Shown piece after piece: positions 36,307 to 46,853 of a stretch of 64,000 bases of DNA. The notes below the pieces were generated by a model that had not been told where the DNA came from, did no database searches, and worked only from the letters and a program-made list of their open reading frames with translations. The DNA comes from Cyanophora paradoxa CCMP329. Its lineage: Eukaryota; Plantae; Glaucophyta. The number at the start of each line of letters is the position of its first letter. Position 1 is the first letter of the stretch. Where the stretch lies: the NCBI GenBank assembly GCA_004431415.1, contig QPMI01000023.1, forward strand, positions 160,376 to 224,375, written 5' to 3'. The translations under genes were made by a program, and so were the position numbers.

Positions 36307-36799
36307 GACCTTGGTGCTCGGACCTTGGGGCTTGGTGCTTGGGGCTTGGGGCTTGGTGCTTTGGAAGCGTTACTCTCAGAGTCTGGGCCCAGACTTTCTC
36401 TGGATCTGCGAGTTTGCCGCGCCAAGTCATTAACCATCGGGCAGACTTAGAACGGGGTACTGCATTTTGCATACGACGTTTCCGGTGACATTCCAGGTGA
36501 GATTTCGAGAGAGGTAGAGTCTGAAATGTCGAGAGACTTTTCGAGAGAGTTTTCAAGCGAGATGTCGAGAGAAAGAGGGTACAAGAAGTCGTAAGAGTAA
36601 AAAAGACTACGAGTAAAAAAGAGTACGAGGGGTGGTACGACTAAAAAAGACTACGAGTAAAAAAAGTCCGTAGAAAAACTCACCTGACTTGTCTGACAAA
36701 TTTCTGATCCTGGAGAAAGTCTGGGCCCAGACCCCGAGAGAAACGCTTCCAAAGCACCAAGCACCAAGCACCAAGCACCAAGGTCTGAGCACCAAGGTC
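36307..36799. repeat. ~95-100-bp inverted repeat pair with heptamer iterons and 14-bp palindrome, around a repeat-rich spacer (origin-like)
   Basis: Arm 36307-36406 is the near-exact reverse complement of 36706-36799, and each arm contains GTCTGGGCCCAGAC. The spacer has TCGAGAGA and GACTACGAGTAAAAAA repeats. Confidence 0.9.
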
Positions 36800-36838
36800 C
36801 AAGGTCCCCGGTCGAACATTTTCTGAGCCTAGGGCAAA

Positions 36839-37204
36839 ATGGCCCTGCTCAAGTGCACCGACTCCCGCGACCTGCCCTACAACGTCCTGGTCAACTCGGA
36901 CGTGCCCCGGAGTGCGATGGAGTTTCCCTGGCGACTGGACAGGGGCAGGGTGACCAAGACCTTCGGGAGGCGCAAGCACTACCTCTCCCAGCTCATCCTC
37001 GGGAAGCCGCCACGTGGACTGTACGTGGAGCACATCAACGGCAACCCGCTGGACTACAGGAGGGAGAACCTGCGCTGGGTATCGATGTCGGAGATCCAGA
37101 AGAAGAGGAGGGAGGGTACGAGCTTGCAGGAGAAGAGCGAGGAAATCGCGGAGATGATGGAGGCGGCGCAGGCGCTGGTGCAGCTCAGCCAGTCTAGAAG
37201 ATAG
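36839..37204 (+). CDS. HNH endonuclease-fold protein (HNH_3-like), probably degenerate active site
   Basis: YLSQLILGKPPRGLYVEHINGNPLDYRRENLRWVS matches the HR..VDHINGxxLDNRxxNLRxxT pattern with substitutions. Confidence 0.75.
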   Translation: MALLKCTDSRDLPYNVLVNSDVPRSAMEFPWRLDRGRVTKTFGRRKHYLSQLILGKPPRGLYVEHINGNPLDYRRENLRWVSMSEIQKKRREGTSLQEKSEEIAEMMEAAQALVQLSQSRR

Positions 37205-37205
37205 C

Positions 37206-37964
37206 CTAGGCCGCTATGTAAATCTTAGAGTCCATTTCGCGGTTCGTTACCGCGGTCAAGTAGGTCAGGGCGCCATCGGAAGAGGCAGTCGTCAGATCCG
37301 CGCAGGCGGAGACCAGCTCCGCCATCAGCGTAGACCCCACCACGAGCCCGGATGTGGGCATGCCCGCGATGTTGTTGAAGAGCTTGAAGGTGAATTTATT
37401 GAAGGCGAGTCGCGGCCAGACCTGGGTACGGGGATTCTTTGCATCGAAGGTGGTGGGGGCTACCGTGGTCGTGGCGTTGGACATCATCTCCTTTGCGGTC
37501 ATCTTCCAGAGGTTGTACATTTCGGAGGGCACTGCCCGGGTGGAGCCCGTGGTGGAGCCGTCTATGTTCGTCTGGGAGCCGCCGTTGAGTTGCCGGTAGA
37601 GGCTGGTATCGGGGGTGAACTTCAGCTCGAGCACGCGCACCGAGGGGCGATCCGGGGACGAGGGCTCTATCTTTTTGAGCAGGCCCGAGAGCCAGAGCGC
37701 CTCCGCCTCCTCGGCGTTGACGGTGTTCGTGGCGTTGCCGTCGATGTCAAAGTAGACGTACACGGAGCAGGAGACGGGGCTCTCGAAATCGTTGGACGTG
37801 ACGCGCAGCATGACCGGATTCTGCAGCTTCACGGTCATGTTGCTGGCGTAGCTTCCGTCCCAGGTGACGGAGTCCGTCCCCGCATTCGCAGCCGTGCCCG
37901 TGATGCCCTGCCAGTCGGGCGTCGTGAATCCGGAGGTCATGAGGGTGGTGTTGGTCGCGGGCAT
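37206..37964 (-). CDS. Viral structural-type protein, paralog A (candidate minor capsid protein)
   Basis: 252 aa, beta-rich; collinear similarity to 37998-38678. Confidence 0.7.
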   Translation of the reverse strand: MPATNTTLMTSGFTTPDWQGITGTAANAGTDSVTWDGSYASNMTVKLQNPVMLRVTSNDFESPVSCSVYVYFDIDGNATNTVNAEEAEALWLSGLLKKIEPSSPDRPSVRVLELKFTPDTSLYRQLNGGSQTNIDGSTTGSTRAVPSEMYNLWKMTAKEMMSNATTTVAPTTFDAKNPRTQVWPRLAFNKFTFKLFNNIAGMPTSGLVVGSTLMAELVSACADLTTASSDGALTYLTAVTNREMDSKIYIAA

Positions 37965-37997
37965 TTTGGGAGGGAATGAGAAAGATTATCCGTACAC

Positions 37998-38678
37998 CTA
38001 ATCCACCAACCACCCCATTGTGAAGATGGACATATCGCCGCCTACCTCTGCGACACGAGCCACGGGCTGCACGTGGCGGGAGCCCGTACCGAAGCTGTAG
38101 CTGTACGAGCATTCGACGAGCTCGGCGCAGAGGGTGCTGCCTGTGACGAAATGGGGGTGGTCGGTTGCGTAGGAGAGGGGGTAGATCTGGAATTGGAAGA
38201 AAGTGAAGGGGAGACGGGGAAGCGAGCTTGCGCGCGGATTCCCGTCTGTGTACAGTGCGCCCAGTCTAGAGGGACTGGGATTCAGCTTTTCGAAGAGTTT
38301 ACTCCCCTTGAGGTTACCAAGGTGGTAATAGGCCCCCGTGCCCGGGAGCGCTGCATCCGTGTACTGCCGAGCCGTGGGGTACGACTCCGTGAACTTGATC
38401 TCGAGACAGCGGAGGGGCGCGGCCGTCGCCGTGGCGGGCGCCACCCTCTTTACAAGGCCGGACTCGTGCAGCAGCTCGATGGTCTCAGCCGTGACGTATC
38501 CCGGGTCGAAGAAGAGCTGGTAGGAATAATTCTTTGGCGTCTCGTACGCGTTCTGCACGGCCTGAATCACGACGGGATTTTGAATGAAGACGTCGACGTA
38601 GCTGCCCGAGGAGATCTTTGCGAAATCGTTGGCGTTGGAGCCGACGTCGAGGGTGGCATTGTAGACGGAGCTCGTCAT
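37998..38678 (-). CDS. Viral structural-type protein, paralog B (candidate minor capsid protein)
   Basis: 226 aa from MTSSVYNATL; shares QNPV, SGL.K, LE.KFT, NPR...PRL.F and GSTL.AELV with its neighbour. Confidence 0.7.
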   Translation of the reverse strand: MTSSVYNATLDVGSNANDFAKISSGSYVDVFIQNPVVIQAVQNAYETPKNYSYQLFFDPGYVTAETIELLHESGLVKRVAPATATAAPLRCLEIKFTESYPTARQYTDAALPGTGAYYHLGNLKGSKLFEKLNPSPSRLGALYTDGNPRASSLPRLPFTFFQFQIYPLSYATDHPHFVTGSTLCAELVECSYSYSFGTGSRHVQPVARVAEVGGDMSIFTMGWLVD

Positions 38679-38716
38679 TTCCCCGGGGGCAGATAATTTT
38701 TCGGACTCTGGAGGAA

Positions 38717-40039
38717 ATGCGCAGGGTGAAGCGCATCCTGATGGTGAGGCGCAAGGGCCCGAAAGCGCCCCCCGCACCCCTGAATCTTGTAGCGAGCGCA
38801 CCCAACGACCAGCAGCAGCCCGTTAGCCTCAGTTGGACGGCGGTAGATGGGGCCACGGGGTACAAGATCTACAGGGACGGGGACTACCTCGACGATTCCG
38901 CAACCAACTCCTACAGCGACGCGACCACGGTCTGGGGTACGGGGTACGAGTTCCAGATCTCCGCGACAAACTCGGTGGGGGAGGGGCCGAGGAGTATCAT
39001 TGTCTACGTCACCACGGACCCGGCAGCCCCCTCTGGCGTCACTGTAACTGGGCCAACTCTCGCAACACCATCCACAATTGTTCTCTCCTGGAGCGGCGTG
39101 GTGGGCGCGACGGGGTACAAGGTGTACCGGAACGGGACCCTTATCGCGAGCCCGGACTGGCTCACCTTCTCATACAGCGACAGTGCCGACGGCTTGTTTG
39201 GTACCGCGGTCACGTACTACGTTGTAGCTGCGGGTGCCACAGATGACGGGCCGCAGTCCAGCACTGCTTCCCTCGCGCTTGCAGCGTCCGTTTTCAAGCA
39301 CGTATTCGGCTCGAGTCTCATCCAAGAGTACGACGCCAGCTCGGTTACCGGGATCGGTACTGTACCCGCGAACAACACAAAGGTGGCATCCTGGTACAAC
39401 CTCGCAGAGAGCTCGCAGCCCGCCAGCCAGGCCACGGATGGCAACAGGCCCACTTTCTACTCGGCATCCTCACGGACGAAGGGGGCCTCGCTGCCTGCCA
39501 TCCGCTTCACAAAGTCTCTGTCCAACTTCATGAATTTCCCGGTTACCCCCTTCAGCAATGTCGCTTTCCCGGGCGGCTTCTCCATTTGTCTCGTGTACAG
39601 CCCTTACTCGGTCAACACCGCTGCCGGTAATATCTGGTTCTCTGGAACGTCGCCTCCATCTGCGTACATGGGCGTCCAGGATCTCGGTACTGGGGGGGCT
39701 TACGTTGCAAATATCGATTCCTCTGCCCAGACAATTACCACGAGCACCTCCAACTTTAGTGCCTCGGCAATGCGGGTATTTCTCACGGACTTCTCCGCTT
39801 CTGGAATCCGTGTCTTCAACCCTTCTGTCTCGTCGGGTGCATCCCAGACGGTGACTCCCGGGGTGTACACGACCGCACACAACCCCACCGCCGTAAGCCG
39901 CCCCATCGGCAATATCGGTGGTTACCTTGCTTCGTACATCGACGCTGAAATATCTCACATTCTCATCTTCAACCGCCTGCTAACGGCAGAGGAGCGCACG
40001 GCAATGCTGGATCACCTCTACGGAACATGGGTAGCTTAA
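38717..40039 (+). CDS. Two fibronectin type III domains + LamG/concanavalin-like domain (virion adhesin candidate)
   Basis: PPAPLNL..VSLSWTAVDGATGYKIYRDG..YEFQISATNSVGEG; second FN3 IVLSWSGVVGATGYKVYRNG; LamG-like VASWYN..SQAT..RPTF and DAEISHILIFNRLL. Confidence 0.85.
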   Translation: MRRVKRILMVRRKGPKAPPAPLNLVASAPNDQQQPVSLSWTAVDGATGYKIYRDGDYLDDSATNSYSDATTVWGTGYEFQISATNSVGEGPRSIIVYVTTDPAAPSGVTVTGPTLATPSTIVLSWSGVVGATGYKVYRNGTLIASPDWLTFSYSDSADGLFGTAVTYYVVAAGATDDGPQSSTASLALAASVFKHVFGSSLIQEYDASSVTGIGTVPANNTKVASWYNLAESSQPASQATDGNRPTFYSASSRTKGASLPAIRFTKSLSNFMNFPVTPFSNVAFPGGFSICLVYSPYSVNTAAGNIWFSGTSPPSAYMGVQDLGTGGAYVANIDSSAQTITTSTSNFSASAMRVFLTDFSASGIRVFNPSVSSGASQTVTPGVYTTAHNPTAVSRPIGNIGGYLASYIDAEISHILIFNRLLTAEERTAMLDHLYGTWVA

Positions 40040-40921
40040 TCACACGAGATAAACTAGCTCGCCGCTGAAGATGGTGAAGGAGGAATTATCCACGCCCAGT
40101 GCGCTTCCCAGATAAGTACCACCCCAGGCCGACAGATCGACGAATTCACCTTGCCCCAGAGCGCACATGAACGAAAACGAAAGGTGGCGATTGTCGCCAG
40201 TTTCGCCCGTAAACGCCCAAGGTTTCGCGCCGTCTATACCCTCACTCCCATTTTTCCGCAGCGTCACGGAAAGGGGAACGGTAGAACCGCTGGTTGCCGA
40301 TAGCGAAAATCTGTACACCCCGGCCACGGGCGCTACGAATTTGCCCTCGGTTGCATTGAACCCCCCTGAATTGACCCACGTCCACCCCCACGGTTTGATG
40401 GGCCCCTTCTCGGCATTCGCTGTGAATGCAACACTCAGACCCGCGCAGAATGCCGGTTTCGGGTGCTTCAGGTACCCCCCGATGGTCGCCGCTCCGGAAA
40501 TGGTCGCCGCTCCGGAGATGGTCGCAGCCCCGGTGATCGTCGCCGCCCCGTTCACCCGCAGCCCGCCCACCACGTTCGCCCCGCCCCCCTCCACGCAGAG
40601 CGCCGCGTTGGCCTCGCCGTCTGCGGTCCCGTTGAAGGTCAGCTGGTTGGTGGACCAATCGCTCCCATTAAAGGCCCCGTTCGTCACCACCAGGCGTTGC
40701 GCCTTGACGCGCCCCGGCACGGCCGACCCGCCCTCCCGCGTGCGCATCTTATCGCAGCGCAGCTCGCCGACGCGGACGAGGTCGGCCTCGGAGAAGGGGA
40801 CGGCCGTGGCATTGTAGGGGGTTTCGGTGGTCTGGTAGCCGAGGATCGTCTCTTTAATCGTGTGATCCTTGACATGGTTCACACTTGCCGCGTAGGTGAA
40901 TAGAGGAACGGCGACGGACAT
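40040..40921 (-). CDS. C1q-domain fibre protein with GAATI(S/T) hexapeptide shaft
   Basis: PAFCAG..GFNATEGKFVAPVAGVYRFS..LRKNG..LGQGEFV..FSGELV is a canonical C1q head, preceded by 18-bp tandem repeats. Confidence 0.85.
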   Translation of the reverse strand: MSVAVPLFTYAASVNHVKDHTIKETILGYQTTETPYNATAVPFSEADLVRVGELRCDKMRTREGGSAVPGRVKAQRLVVTNGAFNGSDWSTNQLTFNGTADGEANAALCVEGGGANVVGGLRVNGAATITGAATISGAATISGAATIGGYLKHPKPAFCAGLSVAFTANAEKGPIKPWGWTWVNSGGFNATEGKFVAPVAGVYRFSLSATSGSTVPLSVTLRKNGSEGIDGAKPWAFTGETGDNRHLSFSFMCALGQGEFVDLSAWGGTYLGSALGVDNSSFTIFSGELVYLV

Positions 40922-40942
40922 TTTTACAGGGGCTGAGAAAAA

Positions 40943-43900
40943 TCAAGCGGCTATTGTCCCGGTGGCCTGCCAGTGCAGGGTCACATTTATTCCGCCGGTG
41001 CCTGGATCCGTGTAATCGTAGTCGCTGTACACTTTGTAATAGACGCTAAAGGTGGAGAGGCCAAGGTAATCGAAATATCCCTTCACCTCTGTCCCCCCTG
41101 TCCCGTGTTGAAACGAAAACGTTACAGTGGGCTCGCTTGTGTATGAGGTACCGAAGATGATTGTCTCCGTGTAGCTGTTCCATCCCACGGCGGGGTAGCG
41201 GGTCGTGGTTTTTTTCCCGTGTTGAACATATGCATTCGGGTTGCACTCTTGCGCTGAAACGACTCGGTGCACCTTCTGAGCATCGCCTGTGCTCCTCACG
41301 TAAACGTTCCTAAAGATCGCGTCGCCCTTGCACTGCTCCGCAAAGACGGGGTACGTTACGTTCTGCTCAAAGTTCGTCAACGTGCTGTCAGCGGCCCATG
41401 CGTACGTTGCACTGTGCACGTAATCTCTCCACCCCGTTGGCTCAAAGGCCGTCCGAACGTCGTACGTGCATGCGTATCCGTCTCCAACGCGCAAAGTGGT
41501 GAGACAGTTGATGTGATTCGCCGTGAAGGGGTCTAAGGAGGTTGCGAGCGCATACTGGCTGTGGCTGTGGGTGAAGGGGGCGTACACCCCCTCGTGATTG
41601 TGCCCCGCCGTCGCGTACACGCCTTCGTGGTTGTGCCCCGCCGTCGCGTACACGCCTTCGTGGTTGTGGGTCGAGAGGGCGTACCCTGACAGGTCGGGCG
41701 CCCCCGCCCAGTCCCTTATCTCTGAGAGCGAGTGCGTGTGCCCCCTGCCGCTCAAATCTGCAAAGGCACCAGTGTACGCAACCGTCGCAAGGCGGGGCTG
41801 TACTACACCCACGGTGCTGACGGGCTGCGCCACGGGGTACTCGAGCTGCGCTGCGTTTACTTCCGCTGGCTTCCCCGTGATGCTATCCCACGCCCACGTG
41901 GTTGGCACCGTCGGTATCGTCGGCTTCCCTTTTAAGTCTCCGTACTCACCTGTGTGCGCCACCGTCGCCAGCTGTGGTCCGATCACGCCCACGGTGCTTA
42001 CCGCCTGGCTCGCCCCCGGCGCCATGTGCCACTCGTAGTTCTGCGCCGCAAACACGGGCTGCAGGGCCGAGGGTGCCCAGTACTCGACGCCCTTGGCCAC
42101 CTCTTTCCTGTACGGCGCCGCCGGCCTGTCCATCAATTTATCGACGTACCCCTTGGGCACGAGCCAGTTGGCCTTGGGGCTCTGCGTCGCCACGCCGTTG
42201 TCGATGTAGGTGCCGTAGTTCCTGAAGGCGCCCGGCTCCCACCACTCCTGCATCTGGAAGCGGTCGGGCAGCTCGATGCGCGCGATGGTGCCGGGGAGGC
42301 GCACGATGCGCTTGTTGCCCATGTGGTAATCGCGCTCGTAGATGATCGCGTTGCCGGGCCCGCCGCCGCCGCCGATGGGCGGAAGGGGCAGGAGGGGCGG
42401 AAGGGGCGGGAGGGGTGGAATAGGGGGGATGGGGGGAATGGGGGGGATGGGCGGCAGGCCGGGCGGGCTGAAGGAGGGCGGACTGGGAGGGGAGGGTACG
42501 CCGCCCGGCCCCGAGGGTGGATTGGGGGCCGTGGGCGGCGAGATGGGGGGGTTGCGCTGCGGCGGGGGCGGGCCCTGGCTCGTGGGAGGGCCGGGCTTGG
42601 GCGTCTCGGGGGCGATCTTCGGTGCCTGGAATCCCTTGAAGAGGTCCTTGACGAAATCCGTGATGCGCGGTCCCAGAAACTCCCAGAGCTTCGAGAGGAT
42701 CAAGTCGACCACGATTCCGATCGCGGTCGAAATCGCCACCTCCTTTGCAATCTGCGCGACCTGATCCCTGGTGACGTACCCCCCGTTGGCGATCGCCTGC
42801 ATGACGAGCCCGCCGATAAAATCCTGCAGTCCCGAAGAGACGGTGCCGGCGATCAGCATCTTCGTCATACTGGGGATTTCGCGCTTCAGCTGCTGCCAGG
42901 CGCTGTCCGTCTCCGCGCGAATCTTATCCTTCTTCGAGCTCACCTCCGAGCGCGCGTAGTCTTCCAGCTCTTGGCGCGCCCTCCTGTTCATCTCGGCGAT
43001 TTCCTTGTCCAGCAGGCTCCAGTCTCCCGGCTTCACCTGCCCCCTGCCGTAAGGCGCAAGCACGTTCCTCAGGATGGTGTTTGCGTCGCCCACGACTCGC
43101 GCGGCGGGCGGCTCGCGGCTCCGGTCGATCGGCAGGAAGCCCGGTGCGGGGCGCAGACCGCTCCCGCCCACCGGCTCGGCCCCCCGCACGTCCAGGGCGT
43201 CGGGGTCCGGGGCGTTGCGTTGGACGGGCAGGTTGGCGGGCGACGGGCGCAGGCCCCAGCCCCCCGCCGGCTCGAACCGGTCGGGCCTCAGGTCGCCGCG
43301 CGAGACGCTGACGGGCCGGCCCGTCCGCCTGTCTCGCATGACGAGGGGCGCGCGGGGTACAATGTCCCGGGGCAGGCCTACCCCCGCCGCCGAGTCGACG
43401 GAGCTACGCACCGAGCCGACGCTCGAGGGGGGCGGGCTCGGCCTGACCTGGGGCGGGGGCGGGTTGCGGATGACGGTGCGCGCCGTGCCATCGCCCGCCT
43501 CTCCGCTCGCGATGGACTGCACATCGGCTCGCTGGCTGTACGGCAGGGTGGGCGCATCGCTGTAAGGGATTGTAGAAGCATCGCTCGCATCGCTTCTCGC
43601 AACGCTCGCGGCGCTCCTGTTGTCGTACGGGATGGTAGGGGGGATTGTGGTCGAGGTGGCCGTCGTCTCTCGGGGGGCGCGCGCCTGGCCCATGAACTCC
43701 TGCAGCCTGCGCTCGGCCTCCAGGCGGGCCTGGCCCGACGTCCACGAGTTGCCCGACAGGCCGCTGTAGCCCGAGATCTGCGAACGGGGGCTGGGGGGCG
43801 GCAGGTCGGTGGCGGGCCCCGGGATGGAGCCCGCGAGGGAGGGGGCGGAGGGGGGCCTTGCCGGGGGGATGGCGAGGGCCTGGTTTGCCCTGCGCATCTC

Positions 43901-46828
43901 CGGATCGGAGGTATTGGAGGGGGGCGCACCGGGGCCGGACCTCACGGAGAAGCCCGAGGAGATGGAGCCGGAGGAGAGGCGCGAAAGGGAGGGGGGCCCG
44001 CTGGAGGGGAGGCCGCTGGGAGGGGCGGGGTCGGAGCCGACGACGGAGGGGCTGGGGGGCGGCCTCGAGGGCTGCGCGCCGCGGGCCAGCGTGTCGTTTG
44101 CCTGTCGAAATTCGGGGTCGGAGGTGTCGGAGAAGGCGCCCGCAATCTCGGATGCCACGGACGCGACGTCGGAGCCGCCCTGCAGGTTGGGGAGGGTGTG
44201 GTAGCGCGTATCGGGATTCATGCGCCCCGTCGGCCCCGGGAGCCCAGGCGCCGGTGCCTGGCCCGCCGACGAGGCCCTGGAGCCCGCCCTGGAGGCCGCC
44301 CTGAGCGCCTGCTGGTAGTCTCGCAGGGCCGCCCGCTCCTCAGGCCTTCTGCGCCGCCTCAGCTCGGCCTCCGTCGCCTGCAGCCTGCGCCTGTCCATCT
44401 CCGCGTTGACGCGCTGCATCTCGGGGTCGGAGGTATCGGAGAACCCTGCGGAGGAGGCCGCACCCGACTCCACGCGCCCGTACCCCGAGCGCTGGCTCCC
44501 CAGCGAGCCGTTGTCGAAGCCCGGGGCCGCGGACGACCGCGACTCGGTCACGAAGCTCACCTCGCTCGGCGAGACGGGCCGCGAGTGGAAGCTCACGACG
44601 CTGCCCACGTCCGAGGGCGGGCGGATGGCCTCCTGTATCATGAGCCCCTGCGGCCGCTGCCCCTGCAGTATGTTCCGCACGGCCGTCGTGTTGATTGCGC
44701 GTGGGTCGAAGCCCCACACGCCCGCCCCCATCTCGCGCAAGAAGCGCCGCGAGTAATCCGAGTCCTCCCAGAGGAAATCCGAGAAGGCCCGGTTCTCCGC
44801 CCCGAAGAACGTGTCGTCGAGGCGCAGGTTCTGGTTGTTGCGCGCCAGCCGCAGCATCCCCTCCGTCCAGGCATCCTCGCCCGCCCTCGTGAGCCGCGCG
44901 TCGGGCAGGATCCGAATCCACTCCGCCACGTTGTTCTGGCGCTCGTACTCGGCCTGCGTCCTGCGCGCCCCCTCCAGCAGCTCGTCCGCCCGCCTGCCCC
45001 AGCGCTCCTGCTCGCGTGGCGTAAAGGAGGGGTCCCTGATGGGGTTCTCCGCGAAGAACCGCGCCACGTACCCCGCCTGCGCGTCGCCCTGCGCCCGCAG
45101 CAGGATGTCGGCGCCCGAGGGCCGCAGCCTGCGAAAGGCGTCGGGGTCCTCCGGGTTCGGCCTGTCGCGCCTCAGCGCCCCCTCGTCCGCGTAGAGGCGG
45201 ATCACCTGCGGGTTCGCGCCCGGGTGCCTCCGCAAAAAATCCTGAATCGCCGCCTCCCGCTGCTCGGCCTGCCTCCGCCTGAAGGCCTCGTCGTCCCGCC
45301 TCACCCGCTCGTCGGCGCGTTGCCCCTCCACCAGTCTGTACCTGTTCAGCTGGTCGGCCACGATCCTGTCCATCCCCTCTGCGATGTGCCCGCGCCCCGT
45401 CTGCCACATGCGCTCGCGCATCCGCTGCAGCTGGCCCGCCGTGTCGTTCATCATTTCCGCGCGCTCCGCCAGCTCCCGCAGGCGGGCCTGGGGGTCGTCC
45501 TCGGGCGTTCTGTAGGGCACGGGCAGCCCCGCGTTCATTCGCGCCAGGTCGCCGTAGCGCCGCGCCTCGCCGATGAAGTCGATGCCGCGATTCCGCCACT
45601 CCTGCACCTGCCTCTGGACGCCCTGCAGCTCCCGGCTGCGCTCCATCTCGTACTGGATGGCCTGCAGCTGGCGCTGCCGCTCGGTGGCGGCCTCCAGGCG
45701 CGCCCGCTCCTCGTCCAGCGTCCGCTGCTGCGCGGGCCCCGGCCTTGCGAAAATTCCCTCCAGCCGCTCCCGCTCCTGCCTCTGCGTCAGGGCGCGGTAC
45801 TCCGCCGCCTCGCGCGCCCGCCGCTCCTGTTCCATCTGGTGCGTGATCTGTTGCTCGTCCCGCGACAGCTGCATGCGCCTGTTGAAATCCTCCTGCTCCG
45901 TCCGCTCCCTGCGCGCCACCCTGTCCATGTCGTCGATCAGGCCGCCCGCGTTCGCGTAGAGCCCGCCGACGCGCGCCCCCTCGTCCGCCAAAGCCGCGTC
46001 CCTCCTATCCCTCTGCGCCTGCCGCCAGCCGTTGACGGCCGTGCGCGCCCTTCGCCCCAGGGCCCCGACCATGAGCGCCGCGCCCAGGCCTCCCAGGCCC
46101 CCGAGCGCGAGCCCCGCGAGAATGCGCGCCAGCTCGTCCGCCCCTCCGTTGCCGGGCGGGCCCTGCCGCCCCTCCGGCCCCATCGGCCCCGGCTCGTGCC
46201 CGGCGGCTTCTCGTCCCCGATGTCGGTTCGCGTGAGGGCGCGGATGTCGATGCCGAATTTATCGAACCAGTTGAGGAACTCCTTGCGGTCCCTGGCGTAC
46301 TCGTTGGACTCGTAGTACGTGCGCGAGAGGGGTCCGCCTGCCAGTAGAATTCGCGGAGGGGCCCGCGAAGCGCGTGATGGCGTTCTGCGCCCCCACGTTC
46401 GTGCCCGTCGGCCTCAGGCTCCTGCTTACCACGTTGTTCGCGCCCAGGTTTAGCGTCTCCTGCAGCGCCACGTCCCCCGAGATGGCCCCCCACCTCAGGC
46501 TCACGATCTCGGAGCCGTCCCCGTGGAATTTATCCACCCACGCGTCCGCGATTCGATCGTCCGCCTTCCCTAGATCCGTCTGCCTGGTGTCGAGCGGAAT
46601 AATCGCAACGTGCGTCGGCGAGTGGTTGTAATCGCGCAGGCTGAGGTACTGTCCCCCGGACCCGCCCGCGATCATCTGTATGTACTGCGCCAGCGAGAGC
46701 AGGGCACCGTCTATGAGAAGGCTCACGGACTTGGCCCGCAGATCTCGCACGTGCAGCACGCCGTCCACCGCGATGGCGCCGTTCAGCACCTCGTCCAGCG
46801 GCGGTAAGAGCGATCTCCAGTCGTCCAT
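40943..46828 (-). CDS. Giant (~1950 aa) virion protein with coiled coil, S/P-rich region and C-terminal phage-tail-fibre-like module; ORFs 46259-46828 and 40943-46183 probably one gene broken by frameshifts at ~46200-46370
   Basis: Only the 46828 ATG has the upstream viral motif, and a third frame bridges the two ORFs (YYESNEYARDRKEFLNWFDKFG). The C-terminus has LATVAxTG.Y.DL.GKP, WDSITGKP, HTH/HNH repeats and an F...Y...P.V...W.A.G lectin-like tip. Confidence 0.75.
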
Positions 46829-46853
46829 CTTGCAGCGCCCAGAGAAAAAATAA

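Noticed and set aside
34303-36799. CRISPR array or telomeric repeats
   Set aside because: The units are 7-bp tandem repeats without unique spacers or cas genes; they are heterogeneous, internal and do not match a canonical telomere unit.
41954-46315. 1453-aa plus-strand ORF
   Set aside because: Antisense shadow of the giant minus-strand gene; R/G/P-rich composition from GC-rich codons and no upstream viral motif.
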